From positions 25,422,001-25,486,000 of the forward strand of contig NC_087437.1 of the NCBI RefSeq assembly GCF_036321535.1: a DNA stretch of 64,000 nt, read 5' to 3'. This stretch comes from Camelus dromedarius. Lineage: Eukaryota. Numbering within the stretch: the first letter of the stretch is position 1; each line of letters begins with the position of its first letter. The notes below the pieces were generated by a model, which worked only from the letters and a program-made list of their open reading frames with translations, was not told where the DNA came from and did no database searches. The translations under genes were made by a program, and so were the position numbers. Shown here one piece after another: positions 50,810-64,000 of this stretch.

Positions 50810-53800
50810 TAAAAAAAAAGCACAAGTGGTATAAACACTCCAATTAAAAGAGAAAGACTATCAGATTACAGACAGAAAACCAAGAACATAGAAGACCTGA
50901 ACATTACTATCAGCCAACTTGCCTTAACTGACATTAACAGAATACTCAACTCAATAACTGCAGACTACACATACTTTCCAAGTGCGTATGAAACATTCGC
51001 AAATAAAAAATAAAACTGTATTCTAGGTAATAAGAACAATTGATGAATAATATAGAAATCATGCAGAATATATTCATTGTCCAAAATGGAATTAAACCAA
51101 AGTGATGACTGAGAGAAAGATATTTGGAAAATCTCCCGAATGTTGGAAAATTAAACAAGACACTTCTAAGTAACCCAAAAGTCAAAGATAAATTCACAAG
51201 GAAATTTAAGAAAATTTGACACTGAATGAAAACAAAAACATAATATATCAAAATTTGTGGAGTTAAGTTAAAGCAGTGGTTTGAGGAAAATGTATATTAT
51301 TTAACACTTGTGTTTAAAAGAAAAAAGGATTGATCTAGACGACCTAGACATTTCTACCTTACGAAATCAGTAGAAGAATAAATTAAATCCAGTCAAAGTA
51401 TAAGGAAGGAAATAAGAAAATAAGTCAATAAAATTAAAAACAGAAAAAGGAAAATCAATGCAATCAAAACCTGGATCTTTAAAAAGATCAATAAAATTCA
51501 TAAACTTCTAGTCAGACTGATCAGAGAAAATAGACAAGTTTCTAACATCAGAAATTAAAAACAGACATCACTAGAGAGATCTTACAAACATCAAAAATAT
51601 AATAGTATAACATTATAATAAACTGTATGCTAATTAAATTGATCATTTAGAAGTGTCTCAAAAATCAAAACCCCCCAAAGCTCATTCAAGAAGAAGTAGA
51701 TAACCTGAATAAATACCTCTATACCTATTGAATAAATTTAACTCAAATTTTAAAAACTTCCCACAAAGATAAATCTAGGTCCAGATGGTTTAAATGATGA
51801 ATTATCCCAAACATTGAAAGAAGAGTCATGCCAAGTCTACATTAAAGCTTCTAGGAAACCAGAAGAGGAGGAAACACTACCTTACTCATTTTATGAGGCC
51901 AACATTACCCTGATACCAAGTGCAGGTAGACATTATAAGTAAACTATGGAAAATACCCCTCATGAACATAAACACAAAAATTCTTCAAAAAGTTGAAGCA
52001 ATTAGAATCCAGAAATATATACAAAGGATCATATATTATGTTGAATTGGGTTTTACCTTGGTAATGTACTGTTGACTTAACATTCAAAAGTCAATGTAAC
52101 TCACCATTTAAAAGACAAAAAAAAAAAAGAAAAGAAAAAGTATATGATTATCTTGATAGATGAAAGAAAAACATCTAACAAAATTCAATATCCAGTCATG
52201 ATAAAAACTGTCAGTAAACTAGGAACAGAAACTCAACCTCAATAAGAGACATCTACAAACAACCCACAGCTAACATCTTACCTCACTGTGATAAGTTGAA
52301 TGTTTTCTACCTAGATTAGAAACAATTCAAGGATGTCCAGTTTTAGCACATCTATTCACCACTGTATATACTAGGTCCAGCCCAGTGCAATAAGGCAATT
52401 TTAAAAAATTAGACACAAATTGGAAAGAAAGAGGTAAAACCATTCACAGATAACATAACCTTCTATGTAGAAGGCCCTAAGGAATCTACAAAAAAAGGCA
52501 CTAGAACAAAAAATTGAGGTTAGCAGGGTCACATGGCACAAGTACAATTTACAAATGTTGGTTATGTTTCTCTATATCAGCAACAAGCAATCTTAGATTG
52601 AAATTTTTAAATTCCATTTTTAATAGCACTTGCAAGTATAAAATATTTAAGAATAACTTTAATAAAATGTGCAAGAATTGCATGCTAAAAACTATAAAAC
52701 AATGCCAAGAGAAATTAAAGAAGACCTAAAAATACAGAGATACAACAGGTTTATAAATAAAATAACCAGTATTTTAAGATGTCAATTCTCCCCAAATTGA
52801 TCTCTCAATGCATTCCCAGTCGAATTGATCTATAGATACATCTCTAGTAAAAATACAGATAGGGTGGACATCCTTGCATTTTTCTGATGATATTAATAAA
52901 CTGATTCTGAAATTTATATGAAAAGCAGATGAACTAGAATGGCCAAAATAATTTCAAAAAATAAATTTAGAAAACATACACTAATTTGAAGACTTACAAA
53001 GCTACAATAATCAAAATAGTTTGGTACTGGGATAAGGACAGAAACAGATCACGGGGTTATAATGAACAGCCCAGAAACAGACATACACACATATATAGCT
53101 AATCGATTTCAACAAAAACGCCAAGTAATTTAATGAGGAAAAGGACAGTCTTCACAAAAATAGTGCTGGAAAAACTGGATGTCCATATGCTCAAAACCCA
53201 CCCCCAAGAAATTTGACCCTAATTTTACATTATATGTAAAAAATGAACTCAAAAAGAAATGGATCTAAACATAAAAGCTAAAACTGTAAAATTTCTAGAA
53301 GGAAACTTAAGAAAATCTCTGTGCCATTAGGTTAGGCAAATATTTCTTATCTTGAGATTCATAAAAATTATAAACTTTTGTTCTTCAAAAGAGACTGTTA
53401 AGAAAATGAGAAGGCAAGGCAGAGACTGAGAGAAAATTATCTGATAAAGAACTATATCCAGAATATATAAACTCTTACAATTCAATAATAAATTAACTCA
53501 ATTAAAAAGTGAGCAGATAAGCACACAAAAGATACTCAACATCATTAGTCATTAGGAAAATACAAATTAGAATCACAATGAACTACTACTACATACTCAC
53601 TATATTGGCTAAAATTTAAAAGGCTGACAATACCAAGTGTTGGTGAGGATATAGGAAGACTGGAGTATTCACATATTACTGGTAGAAATGAAAAATAATG
53701 CAGCCATATTTGGAAAACATTTTAGCAATTTCTTTCAAATTAAAATATACATTTATCATACAACCCAATAATCTCAATTCTAAGACTTTATCCAAGAAAA

Positions 53801-54325
53801 ATAAAATTTTATTTCCAAACTAAAAATAGTACTTGAATGTTCATACCAGAGCAGCTTAATTCATAATAGTATAGAACTGGAAGCAATCCACTTATCCATC
53901 AACTGGTGAATGAATAAACAAAATGCTGTTGTATACCCATCCATAAAATGGAATACTATTCAGCAATAAAAAGTAAATAACTACTGTAAACAGCATGGAT
54001 GAATCTTAAAAACAATATGCTGAATGAAAGAAGTCAGACACAAAAAATGATGTACTATATAATTCCATTTATACTAAATTCTAGAAAGAGCAAAACTGTG
54101 AAGACAGAAAGCTGTAAGTGGTTGCCAAAGGAAAGGGCTTGAAGGGAGGGAAAAATATTGACTGAAATAAGGGGCGTGGGAACTTTGGGAGGTGATAGAA
54201 TTATCGTATATTATAATTTTGGTGGTTGTTATACAATGATATACATTTGTTATAATGTATCAAATGCACACTTTAAATCAATGCAAAAAGATAACTGTAT
54301 ACATTATCTCAGTAAGTTTTTTTTA
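50810..54325 (+). mobile_element. Degraded L1 ORF2 plus 3'UTR (L1MB/L1MD/L1ME-like)
   Basis: Collinear L1 landmarks: tcattttatgaggccaacattaccctgataccaa, cattcacagataacata (RT), tgacaataccaagtgttggtgaggat, gaagtcagacacaaaa. Confidence 0.9.
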
Positions 54326-54339
54326 ATTTCCATTTACCA

Positions 54340-56200
54340 CAGTCACTAAAAGGAAAAAAAAATGACCAGGAATAAATATAAAAAGAAGTATGTGAGATCT
54401 ACATTTTAAAAAAAGATATATTTGAATAAAAGAGCTTAAAATGTTATAAAGGACACAAAATGAGACTTTAATACATACAAAGTCATCTCATTCTCTTGGA
54501 TAGGAAGATTCAATGATATTGTTAAGATTTATAATTTAGTGAGTATGATGTGTTGTTCTAAGCCTTTTATGTGTATTAATTCATAATCTTTATAAGTGCT
54601 CTATGATGTTAGTACTATTATTGTTTTTGGTTTTGGTTTTTTTTTTTTAATCATTCAGGAAGAGAAAGAGAAACCTTTACTTACTACCCCAGATCACAAA
54701 GCTAGTAAGTGGTAGTCTGAACTTAAGAACAGGTAGTCTGGCAGTCTGTTGCTATATACCCATCAGAAGTCCTTCTGCCTCTGAACATCATAAAGATATC
54801 AATTCCCCCTCTGTTAACCTACAGATTTAATGATCTCAATAAATTTACTATCACTTCTAATTTTATAATGAGAAATTTATTTCTCCATTCATATGGAAAA
54901 ATAAACAATAATTAAAAATCTGAAAAATAAATAAAATAAAAGAAGACTAAGTCAATGGAATAGAATTGATATGCCAGGAATAGACCTAAATTCCAAGTGA
55001 ATTTATTCCTATATAGGTGTATATTAAAGTAGCATTATGTATCAAAGAGGAAATGATAATTTGTCAAAAATGATAATGGAACACTGGTAGCCCTCCAGAA
55101 TAAGATAGTATTTGATCCTCACTTACTTCTTACATCAAAATAAAGTTCAAGTAGATTAAGATTTTAAACGTGAAAAGTGTAACCATAAAAGGTATAAAAC
55201 ATGAGAAAATGTATTTATAGATTTAGAGTACTGAAGGCCTTTCCAAGTGTGATACAAAACCTAGAAGCCATGAAAGAAATGATTGATAATTTCAACTATT
55301 TAAAAGTTTGAAACATCTAGGTAAAAACACCATTATCAGTAGTGAAAGGCATATGAAAACATGGGTAAAATATCTGTAACACATCACAGAAAAGAAGTAA
55401 TTTACCAAGCTAGAAACTCCTACAAATAAATCAACAACCCAACAGCAAAAGCAGCAACAGACAAACTATTCAGAGAACAGAAATTTGAACAGCTCTTACA
55501 TATATGAAAATATGGCCAATTTTCACTTATAAAAACAGAGGTATACAAATTAAAACTAAAAAGAGATAACTAATTTTTTACCTAGCTAATTGCCAGATAT
55601 CAAAAAGCACTAGCCTGTGTTACAAGGGCATGAGGGAACAGCACTCTCATACATTTGTGATGGGCATGTAAATTGAAGCAACATCTATGCAAGGAAATTT
55701 GGAGTATCAAACATAATGCAAAATGCATATACCATTTGAATAATCACACTTTAAAAAATTTGTTTTATATACACACACATTTCAAAACTGATTTCTGTGC
55801 ATGACTATTTGTTGCACCAATATTTATAACAGCAAAAGAGCTGAAATTAACCAAGGTTCATAAATTATGGAGTAGCCAAATCAATTAAGACTTATCCATA
55901 TAAAAGAACAGTATGCAGATACTATGCATATGTGAGTATTTGTTAAAACAATTATATTAATATATTTTGAGAAAAGCATTGTGTAAAAATATATATACAT
56001 ACACACATATTCATTTTCTACAAATGCTTACATACAGGTATATGTGTGTGTAGGTTTATATTTATAATCTCTAGAAAATTACACACACAAAATAAGTAAC
56101 AGTGATTGCCTCCAGGGAAGAGAACTGAGTGCTTATGGGAGTGAGGCATATCATCTTGTACTTGTTGGACTTTATGTCATATGTAATTCATTCAGAATTA
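54340..56200 (+). mobile_element. Very old L1ME-like ORF2 end / 3'UTR with a MIR (about 54545-54745, -) inserted
   Basis: tctcttggataggaagattcaat, caatggaatagaattga, aaaacctagaagccatgaaagaaatgattgat; MIR atcacaaagctagtaagtggt. Confidence 0.65.
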
Positions 56201-56552
56201 TGTGAAATTAACTAAACACAAAATTAATGTGTTAATTACAAAACAGATATAAGAAAGGCTTAGTAATTTAGTGTTGATAGCCCATGACAAGTCATTCAAG
56301 AACTATAGGTAGTTTAGAAATTTATCTTATACATTTTAATGCTAATCTTTCAGAAAGCAAATTGGACTGGACTGTCTCTATCAGAAATGAAATACGGTTG
56401 AACTAATTATTGTGGCTTTTCTTATATTCTAGTTTTTACTTGAACAGGGGTGGACCCGAGTGGAGTGCATTGAGAGTGGGAAAAACAGGTTTGTATTATT
56501 CCCTACTGTTCCAGTTTACTAAAGGTTTATGCATACATTCAGGTGCAGGGGG

Positions 56553-56580
56553 GTGTGTGTGTGTGTGAAAGAGAGAGAGA
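56553..56580 (+). repeat. (GT)n(GA)n compound microsatellite
   Basis: Directly visible. Confidence 0.9.
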
Positions 56581-57389
56581 AACAGGCAACAGACATGGGT
56601 GGAGAAAGGAGAGCGCTAAACTAAGAAGGGTCACAAGAGATACATTTTCTTCTCATTGCTATTACTTTTAGTCTGTAAACAGTTATTAGGTCTTTCTCTC
56701 TTTCCCAGAAATGGCTGCCTTTCAGCACATTATGGAGTGAGTACTCCTACAGGATTTATTTATGTGTGGGACAAAAAGTACATTAAGAACCTTTGTATTG
56801 AAAGGCATGATGCTATTTTAAGACATGTTTACTACTGCTTGATATCACAAATGCAAAACAGACCTGGGGACAAGGATGGCACTGGCAATGGAAAAGTGTT
56901 CTCAGGAACTGACATCTCTCCTTGTGTTTCAGAATTGACTCAATAGCCCAAACAGACAAAGAGAAGAGCCTGCTTGATCTCCAAGCCTATTAGACTGGTG
57001 TCTTGTTCAAATACTAAGAACATCCTTTCCACTTAATCTACAAACCCCTCTACAGTTGTCCTGACTTACAATTCTCCTCCTATCATCACCTGTTTTCCTA
57101 GATGACCTGTACTCCAGCCAAACTGGAGTGCACGGCACCCATGCACACATGCACACACACAGTACTGGCCTTATTATTTTTTAATATTTTTACTCAAATT
57201 TATCTCTTTGAGCTTTGCAATCTCTCCTCTGTAGATCCTACCAGGACCACTTCAGAGTTGTCATCTCTTCTTCTGAACTGAGCCCATATTGCCTTTATGA
57301 CAATTTTAATGTTGCCTTGTAATTGCAGAGGCACAGAAAATTTGCTGAGGTTGTTTGGGGATTTTATTTTTTACTTAAAAAATCAAATC

Positions 57390-58100
57390 AATTACACTAC
57401 AGTGAGGAAAGTGACATTCCAAGGGTCAAAAAGGACCCTTCTGTCTATGACAGAGTGACAGGCTCCAGACTTGCCCTCCCACAGCAAAAAACTGGACAAC
57501 TAGACAAAAATACATGACATTTGACAATAGCTCAGGATTGTGTTTCTTCAGAGAAGAAAAGTATATGATGTGGGCCCTCCAATGTGGGCCCTGGGTTTCT
57601 GTTTGGAGGCGCTTTCAAGATTGTGACCTAGCTAAGGGCTCCCAGGCAAAGCACAGCTGTCTCACTGGGTCAAGAAGTCAAAGATCTGCAGAGAGGGGAG
57701 CTATGCAGAGAAAAAGCACTAGAAATATGCATAAGAATCTTCTTGCATCTTTGTGTGAATAGTAAGTTAGGCAGGCATAGGGTGAATCTCCACGAGCACA
57801 GGCACGGATGACTGGGGAGTTAAAGGGGAACATTTTCCATAGCTTGCATAGGGGCAGGAGGCATTCCTGTTTTGACCAGTCAGAGTGGGAAGACCTCATT
57901 GAACACCCAGTACATTCAGTAGGAACCCCAAAAGTGGCCACATCTTGGTAGTAGGACTAAACTATCTCTAGAATAAAAGCTACCCTGTACCTTCCCTGAC
58001 AAAACGTAAAAGCAAGCTTGGAAAGAATGAAGCTGATCCACAAGTGCTCTTTAAAGGAAGACAATGAAATCTAGACACTCAACAATGTGATTTGTCCAGA
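57390..58100 (+). mobile_element. Old L1 5' region fragment (L1M4-like)
   Basis: Shares motifs with 48300-48440, e.g. gtagtaggactaaactatctctagaataaaagct...aaagcaagcttggaaagaat. Confidence 0.55.
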
Positions 58101-58494
58101 CACGTAAATTTTTACTTTTGTGTTTCTCCCCACCAAAATATAAGATTCATAAAGGTAGAGGGTTTTATCTATTTTATTTATGGTTATTTATCAAATACCT
58201 AAAAGAGAATTTGTACAAAGTACAAATGCAATAAATATTTATTGAATGAATAGATACTATTTAATCTTTATCCTGTATCAAATATTTATAATACACAAAC
58301 TCATAGTATCACACAATATTTACTCTATATTAAATGTTTATGTTTACACAAAGTCAGGCCTCATTAATTTGTGGCTAAGAGAAGAAATATTTAAATGAAA
58401 AGAAAAATTTTAGTTTTCAAAATATCTCTCAACAAGTGAAAATGAAGATAAGCACAAATTTTGTTGTATTTGAAAAAAGTGATGTAAGGAAGAC

Positions 58495-58620
58495 ATATAC
58501 ATATATCTATATATGTATAGGTAGATAGATAACTGAATCATTATGCCGTACACCAGAAATTAACATAATATTGTAAACCAACTATAATTTAATAAAAAGA
58601 AGAAAAAGAAAAAAAGGGAA
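58495..58620 (+). mobile_element. Short young-type L1 3' tip with A-rich tail
   Basis: ataactgaatcattatgccgtacaccagaaattaacataatattgtaaaccaactata followed by an A-rich tail. Confidence 0.85.
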
Positions 58621-59496
58621 AGTGAGATCTCCAAAAAGAAGCAATTAGTAATTCTTGATCAGCCTAATTAAGGAGTAGCAGGATTTTCTAAAATGTGTAT
58701 ATTTTTACCTTTCCCACAACATATTTGCATGAAACAGCAAATTCACACTACGTTGCAATGAAAGCCCAATATGGAAGTAGTCTTGAAGGGGCAATCAATA
58801 TGAGAGTCCAGCTCAGCAACACGGTCCCTAATGAAAAATGAGGGTGTAAACGAAGCAAGCAACAAAACAAAATAAATCACACATAGAGATGTCATTACGA
58901 TATTAGAAAATCCAGTATGTTATATTCTATTAAAATGTTGATACATTTTATTGTCAAAAAATAAAAATATGTGTCTAAGTTTTTATTATGGTAATTTTTG
59001 GTTTTGTTATAAGTAAAAACATGCATACAAACATTGTGTTTTCATATACTCCTGCAATTAGTTTACCAGAAAAAAATCATACATTGCTTTCTACATTCTT
59101 CTCAGCACGTGTTGTAAGTACTGAACTCCTGTGTACCTTGCAGTGATGCATTATCATTATGAAAGGGTTTTCTGTGGGGAGTAAGGTTAAAAAGTGCCAC
59201 TTTAAAGGTTGATGCTCCCTGGGTATCCTAATTATCTCTCTTTGCTTCTCACCTCACTGATCATCAGGATCTCAAATCCCAGTTGCTGCTCCCAGTTGAC
59301 CCGACTTCAAAAAGTCACACGCAAATTTGTAGTTGCTTTAGTCGTCTGTATACCTTCAGTTATATCTCCAATTGAGCATGCTACCTTTCTCTCTAGATAC
59401 CCCACCCTCCCTGTACAACTAGCTACACCTCCTCATGCCTTTCCTCAATTTGTTGTATGGCATGTTTACCCCCGAAAAAACCTGAGAATTGTTTTA

Positions 59497-60687
59497 ATTA
59501 TAAATAGACACACAAAAAGATGTGCAACATTCCTAATTGTTAGAGAAATACAAATTAAAACCACAATGAGAAATCACCTCACATCTATCAGAATGGCTAT
59601 TATAAAAAGTCTGCAAACAAATGCTGAAGAGGATGTGGAGAAAAGGGAACCCTCATACACGGTTGGAAGGAATGTAAATTGGTGCAGCCACTATGGAAAA
59701 CACTATGAAAGTTCCTCAAAAAACTAAAAATAAAACTACCATATGATTCAGCAATTTTACTTCTGGGTATACATCTGGAAAAAATGAAAACACTGGGAAA
59801 AAATGAAAACACTAATTCAAAAAGGTACATGAACCACAATATTCATAGCAGCAATATTTATAATAGCCAAGATATGAAAGCTACCTAGATGTCTAACAGC
59901 AGACAAATGTATAAAGATGATTTTATATATATATACACACACACACATACATACAATGGAATATTATTCAGCTATAAAAAACAATGAAATTCTGCCTTTT
60001 GCAGCAACGTGGATGGATCTTGAAAATATTGTTTAAAGAAATAAGTCAAAGAAAGACAAATACTGTATGATATCACTTATATGTAGAATTAAAATTAATG
60101 TAAACCAATGTATATGCAAAACAGAAACAGACTCACAGATACAGAAACCGAACTGGTGGTTACCAAAGGGGAAAGTCAGGGGTATGAAATGAAGAGATAC
60201 AAACTATATATAAAATAGATAAACAACAAGGATATATTATACAGCACAGGGAATTATAACCATTATCTTGTAATAACTTTTAATGGAGTATAGTCTGTAA
60301 AATATTGACTCACAATGCTATACACCTGAAACTAATATAATACTGTAAATCAACTACACTACAGTTTAAAAGAATAACTAAACAGAAACAGACTCAGATA
60401 CAGAGAACAAATCAGTGGCTGCCAGAGGGGAAGGCCCTGGGAAGGATGAATGAAATAGGTGAGGGAGATTAAGAGGCACAAACTTCTAGGTATAAATAAG
60501 TCCCAGGAATTTAATACACAGCACAGGGAATACAGCTAATAATAAATTGTAATAAATTTGTGTGGTGACAGATGGTAAGTAGACTTATCATGGTGATCAT
60601 TTTGAAATATATAAAAATACTGAATCACTTTGTTGTACATCTGAAGCTAACACAATATTGTAAGTCAATTATACTTGAATAAAAAAA
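59497..60687 (+). mobile_element. L1 ORF2 end / 3'UTR with two tandem 3' ends (one ending about 60371, one about 60687)
   Basis: ORF tail [24 protein letters not shown]...[18 protein letters not shown]; two distinct terminal segments, each ending ...tgtaa(a/g)tcaa...A-rich. Confidence 0.92.
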
Positions 60688-60849
60688 TCCAGATTTTTCA
60701 GGTTTTCTCAAAAACTCCACACGCCAGCACTGGCCCCTGCATTCCCACCTGTGTGGCAGCCAGGTAACACTAAGTAGAAGGTGCTGCATTTGGAGAGGGG
60801 ATAATGCCCTCTCCAGTTCCCAACAATTCATGTGATACTCATGCTTCTA

Positions 60850-63050
60850 CTGACCAAATCACCTTCCCCGACCTGTCTGACATTTGATCGCACAGAATGC
60901 TATTTGAGTTTACTACCTCTGGCCTAATCAGACTCTACCTGAGGCTTAATCGAATAAAATCTTTTAAAATTTTTCCTCTGTGTAAATCACATCATTTCTC
61001 AGTTCAAGTTTCTCAAATATAAGATGAGAGGCAAACACCAAGTAGTCCCTAATCTGCTAATTACGAGAAGGGGGTCTAGGAAAATAAACACCCTGACTTC
61101 ACATTTCCTCCTCCCTCCACTCTCCCACAAGGGCTCTTCATTGCTTGAACTCTACCAGAAGCCCAAAGATAGATGAATGGTTTAGAAGAATTTAGAACCC
61201 AGAATAGCCAGGGAGCATCTAATTTATCAAAAGTTTGATTGAGTCTTCTAGTAGAAGCAGTCCTCTCTAGATCTTTAAAATTCAGTGAGCCCAGGGTCAT
61301 GAAGACAAAAGAAAGATACTCCATCAGTGCATTATTAGTCAAAATTGTGATAAAAAGCCAATCTCATCTCCATCCTTGGCTCCTAGACATATGCTGACTA
61401 TGTAGATAGAACTGAATATCAGCTGCTGGCTTAAGGTATATTAGCTGCGTTCTACATAATGGTTCTAAACCTCCCAAAGTATTTTTCCCCACCTGACACT
61501 GTAATTGAGCCTTCCTCATGCCATTACATTGTTTTGTCACAATAACTATTTGGGGAGGATAGGGCACAAAGTAAGACCAGAGTGAATTCCATGAGTCCAA
61601 TGCCGCACTTCCTTCACTATGAAATGAGCCCCCGGTCAGAGGTGATGTCCTATGGAGTGCCATGGGTACAGCAATCAGAAATCCATGAACCAACATGCTG
61701 GCAGACACCTTGAAGGCAGGGAAGGAAAATGTGTTCCTGAATAAGTCTGTCCCTGTGTGGACAAGTGCTGCCTCCTCCCTGAAGAGCAAGCGGCAGTAAG
61801 CTGTTCCCTTTGTAAGTAGTGCAGAAACCCACTGTCATCCTTTGCTGCAGTCAGGCTGAACACTCAGTTGAGTGTCTGGAAGCCAGATCAGCCTTGGTGA
61901 GAGCAGGTCCATGTCATTGAGCCCATGTATAACTTCCATTCTTGATGCTATGGCCACTTTGTAATGGACCCAATAAATAGGCATCAATCCATTAGCCACA
62001 GTTTATCAATCAAATACTTTCCCATGCAGGCCTTCTTTCCTTCCAGAATAGATGTTCAACCACATGGACAACCTGAAGTCCTGCCTTTTCTGGGGATTCA
62101 CCTTCACCATTGTTTTTCAAGACCAACTCTGAGAGGATCTGTAGTTCAGTAGTTGCCCGTTCCTGGCTCATACTAATTCTAACAGTAGGAAACAGAAGAT
62201 GCCAGAATCCTGTTCTGATATCTATGCCCCATACTGATCCAGATAACTTCTAAAATTTCTCTCAGATGTATAAAAAGTAAAGAACACACAAAGCCCCACC
62301 CTCAAACATGAGCCCACACCAACTTTGTCCCTGAACAAGAACCTCTTGCTTCAGAAACGTTTCCTATCAGGCATCAAAGCTTATAAGCATTAGGAGTCAA
62401 CTAGAAATTAACCTTTCTCAGCACTAGAAAAGAGGCAGCAATAACAGTCTTTTAGAAGTACAGATTTTTTTAAAAAAAATTAAACATTGTTTTAGAGCTA
62501 TGTTAGTTTCCCTCCCCCACTTTCATCACAAGTGTACTTACTCTTACTGGAAAAGATAAAATTGATGACAGGAAAAGCAAACAGTGCTCACCCATGTAAA
62601 CAACCTCATCTGTAATTCATTAACCCTGCTACTCTCGGCCTCTTAGAAAAAGTGTCCCATTTATTAGCTTCCAATCCCAAGTTCACGTTTGTCTTCCAGT
62701 CCTGGGGCATTATTGGGCAGTAAAGAAAAGAGATGCTCCATTACTGGTGGAGTTGCCAATCTTATACCAATGATGCAGGCTGTTTAATAAGCTCTTTTCA
62801 TCTCTGCTGGATTAGCTAGCCCACTCTTCCCATTATTTATATGTCCTGCCCACCGAAGAAAATAGAAAAACACATTTACTGAGCCACCTCACTTCTTCTC
62901 ATTCTCCTATCTAAAACAGGAGAAAAAGAGACTGAAGAACAGCAATGCCTCCCACAGGGTGGGATGCTACTGGCACTTGAGATGACTCTGTTAAGCGAGA
63001 CTGTTGATGTCAGGTGGTACTCTAACTAGGAAAATGACGATTATTAAAAA
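60850..63050 (-). mobile_element. ERVL-class endogenous retrovirus internal (pol) relic: RNase H and integrase
   Basis: Minus 61961-61839 gives QSGHSIKNGSYTWAQ*HGPALTKADLASRHSTECSA*LQQR, matching the ERVL integrase zinc finger (SGHGGRDGGYAWAQQHGLPLTKADLA..AECPTCQQQR). Downstream TYSG..FPA and WSYFVPYPP; upstream NGEGESPEKAGLQVVH...VANGL (RNase H). Confidence 0.85.
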
Positions 63051-64000
63051 ATCATAATAAGAAAGTTATTTCCTTTCATATTTTCCTTCAATCTTTTAAT
63101 CCCATCAGGAAAAAAAGTCTCAGTTTGGAGCTAGCCTTTAACACCTAACGTTTTAACTCAGAGAAAGCAGGCCTTGTGCTCAGAACATTTGGTGGGCAAC
63201 AACATCTAGCTAGAACTTATTATTATTATTTTGTTTTTGTTGCCTATGTACTGCAAATGATGCTGACTGTATAGTAGGGACAGTGAGATTTCTCTTTTGA
63301 TAAACTTACATTTTAAAATTAAGTTGTTTTCAGCAAATAATAATACAGGTGATACGCGAAATACGATGGAAATCTCAAAATGGGAATATAAAAGAAAAAA
63401 TACTGAAAACATTGAAAGAGAAAATACATATCATAACTTTTGATGATAGTACATCATCTTGAAGGTAGGATTCACCCAATATGGTGGGTGTGTCTGGGCT
63501 GTGTGTGTGTGTGCGTAGGAGGTGAACTGAGTTTCTAAACTGTCTTCCACTTCCCATTTCCACATGATGAAAAGATTATATTACCGTCATTTTCCATTGT
63601 GCTAAATATATGTGTATATTATGTCAAGTAGAAATATATATATGGTAGCATTGGCTCTCATATTACTATAACAGTATTTTTCAAAACTTGATACGGGTGC
63701 ATACATATACATCATATTTTTACTTTTTTTATAACTGTCTTTAATCCTGAAATCTCCTGAAATATCAATTATTTCCTTGAATTAAATACATGATACACTG
63801 TTTCATAAACATTATGCCCTTGAATATTTCTGTTTATTCACTCTCTGGATTGTCTTCTATTTAGACTAGGCTTAATAAACTCATTTTATTGAAGTAAATG
63901 TGTCTGGAGATCCTGTTCTTCAGAAAGAATAGATGTAATTGGCATTTTGTGTACAGGAATAGAAGAGTCTTCATTAAACTTCATTAGTCTTATTCAGCTG

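Noticed and set aside
58709..58828. Minus-strand exon-like segment with AG/GT ends
   Set aside because: All three frames contain stops; nothing supports it beyond the splice dinucleotides.
59209..59727. 172-aa ORF
   Set aside because: Chance open frame running into decayed L1 ORF2 sequence.
1..64000. Inferring host-gene strand from repeat orientation bias
   Set aside because: L1s are mostly plus (suggesting a minus-strand gene) but LTR elements are mostly minus (suggesting the opposite), so the signal is contradictory.
1..64000. CRISPR arrays, operons, rRNA or other prokaryotic systems
   Set aside because: No regularly spaced repeats or gene-dense regions; the sequence is clearly mammalian.

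Overview
AT-rich, CpG-depleted, repeat-dense mammalian genomic DNA with an intronic or intergenic character. It is most likely from a camelid, judged from a Vic-1-type tRNA-derived SINE and artiodactyl/camelid-style L1 3' ends. There is no long intact CDS and no prokaryotic features. The one protein-coding sequence I can recognise is a young, 5'-truncated MED15 retrocopy at about 4713-5657 (+). It carries the last 63 codons intact plus 3'UTR, is missed by the ORF track, and has no visible poly(A) tail or TSD. The rest is mostly decayed L1, L2, MIR, MaLR/ERVL LTRs, an ERVL pol relic, Tigger1 and hAT-Charlie elements. In the non-repeat sequence I see several exon-like signals: an 18-nt microexon candidate and a 38-nt exon candidate on the minus strand, and several plus-strand exon-like segments with in-frame TGA. 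There is also a canonical RFX X-box. I cannot name a host gene, and I do not find solid evidence for a new biological system; the exon and gene models are hypotheses. Repeat boundaries are approximate and subfamily names come from recalled consensus sequences, not a database search.
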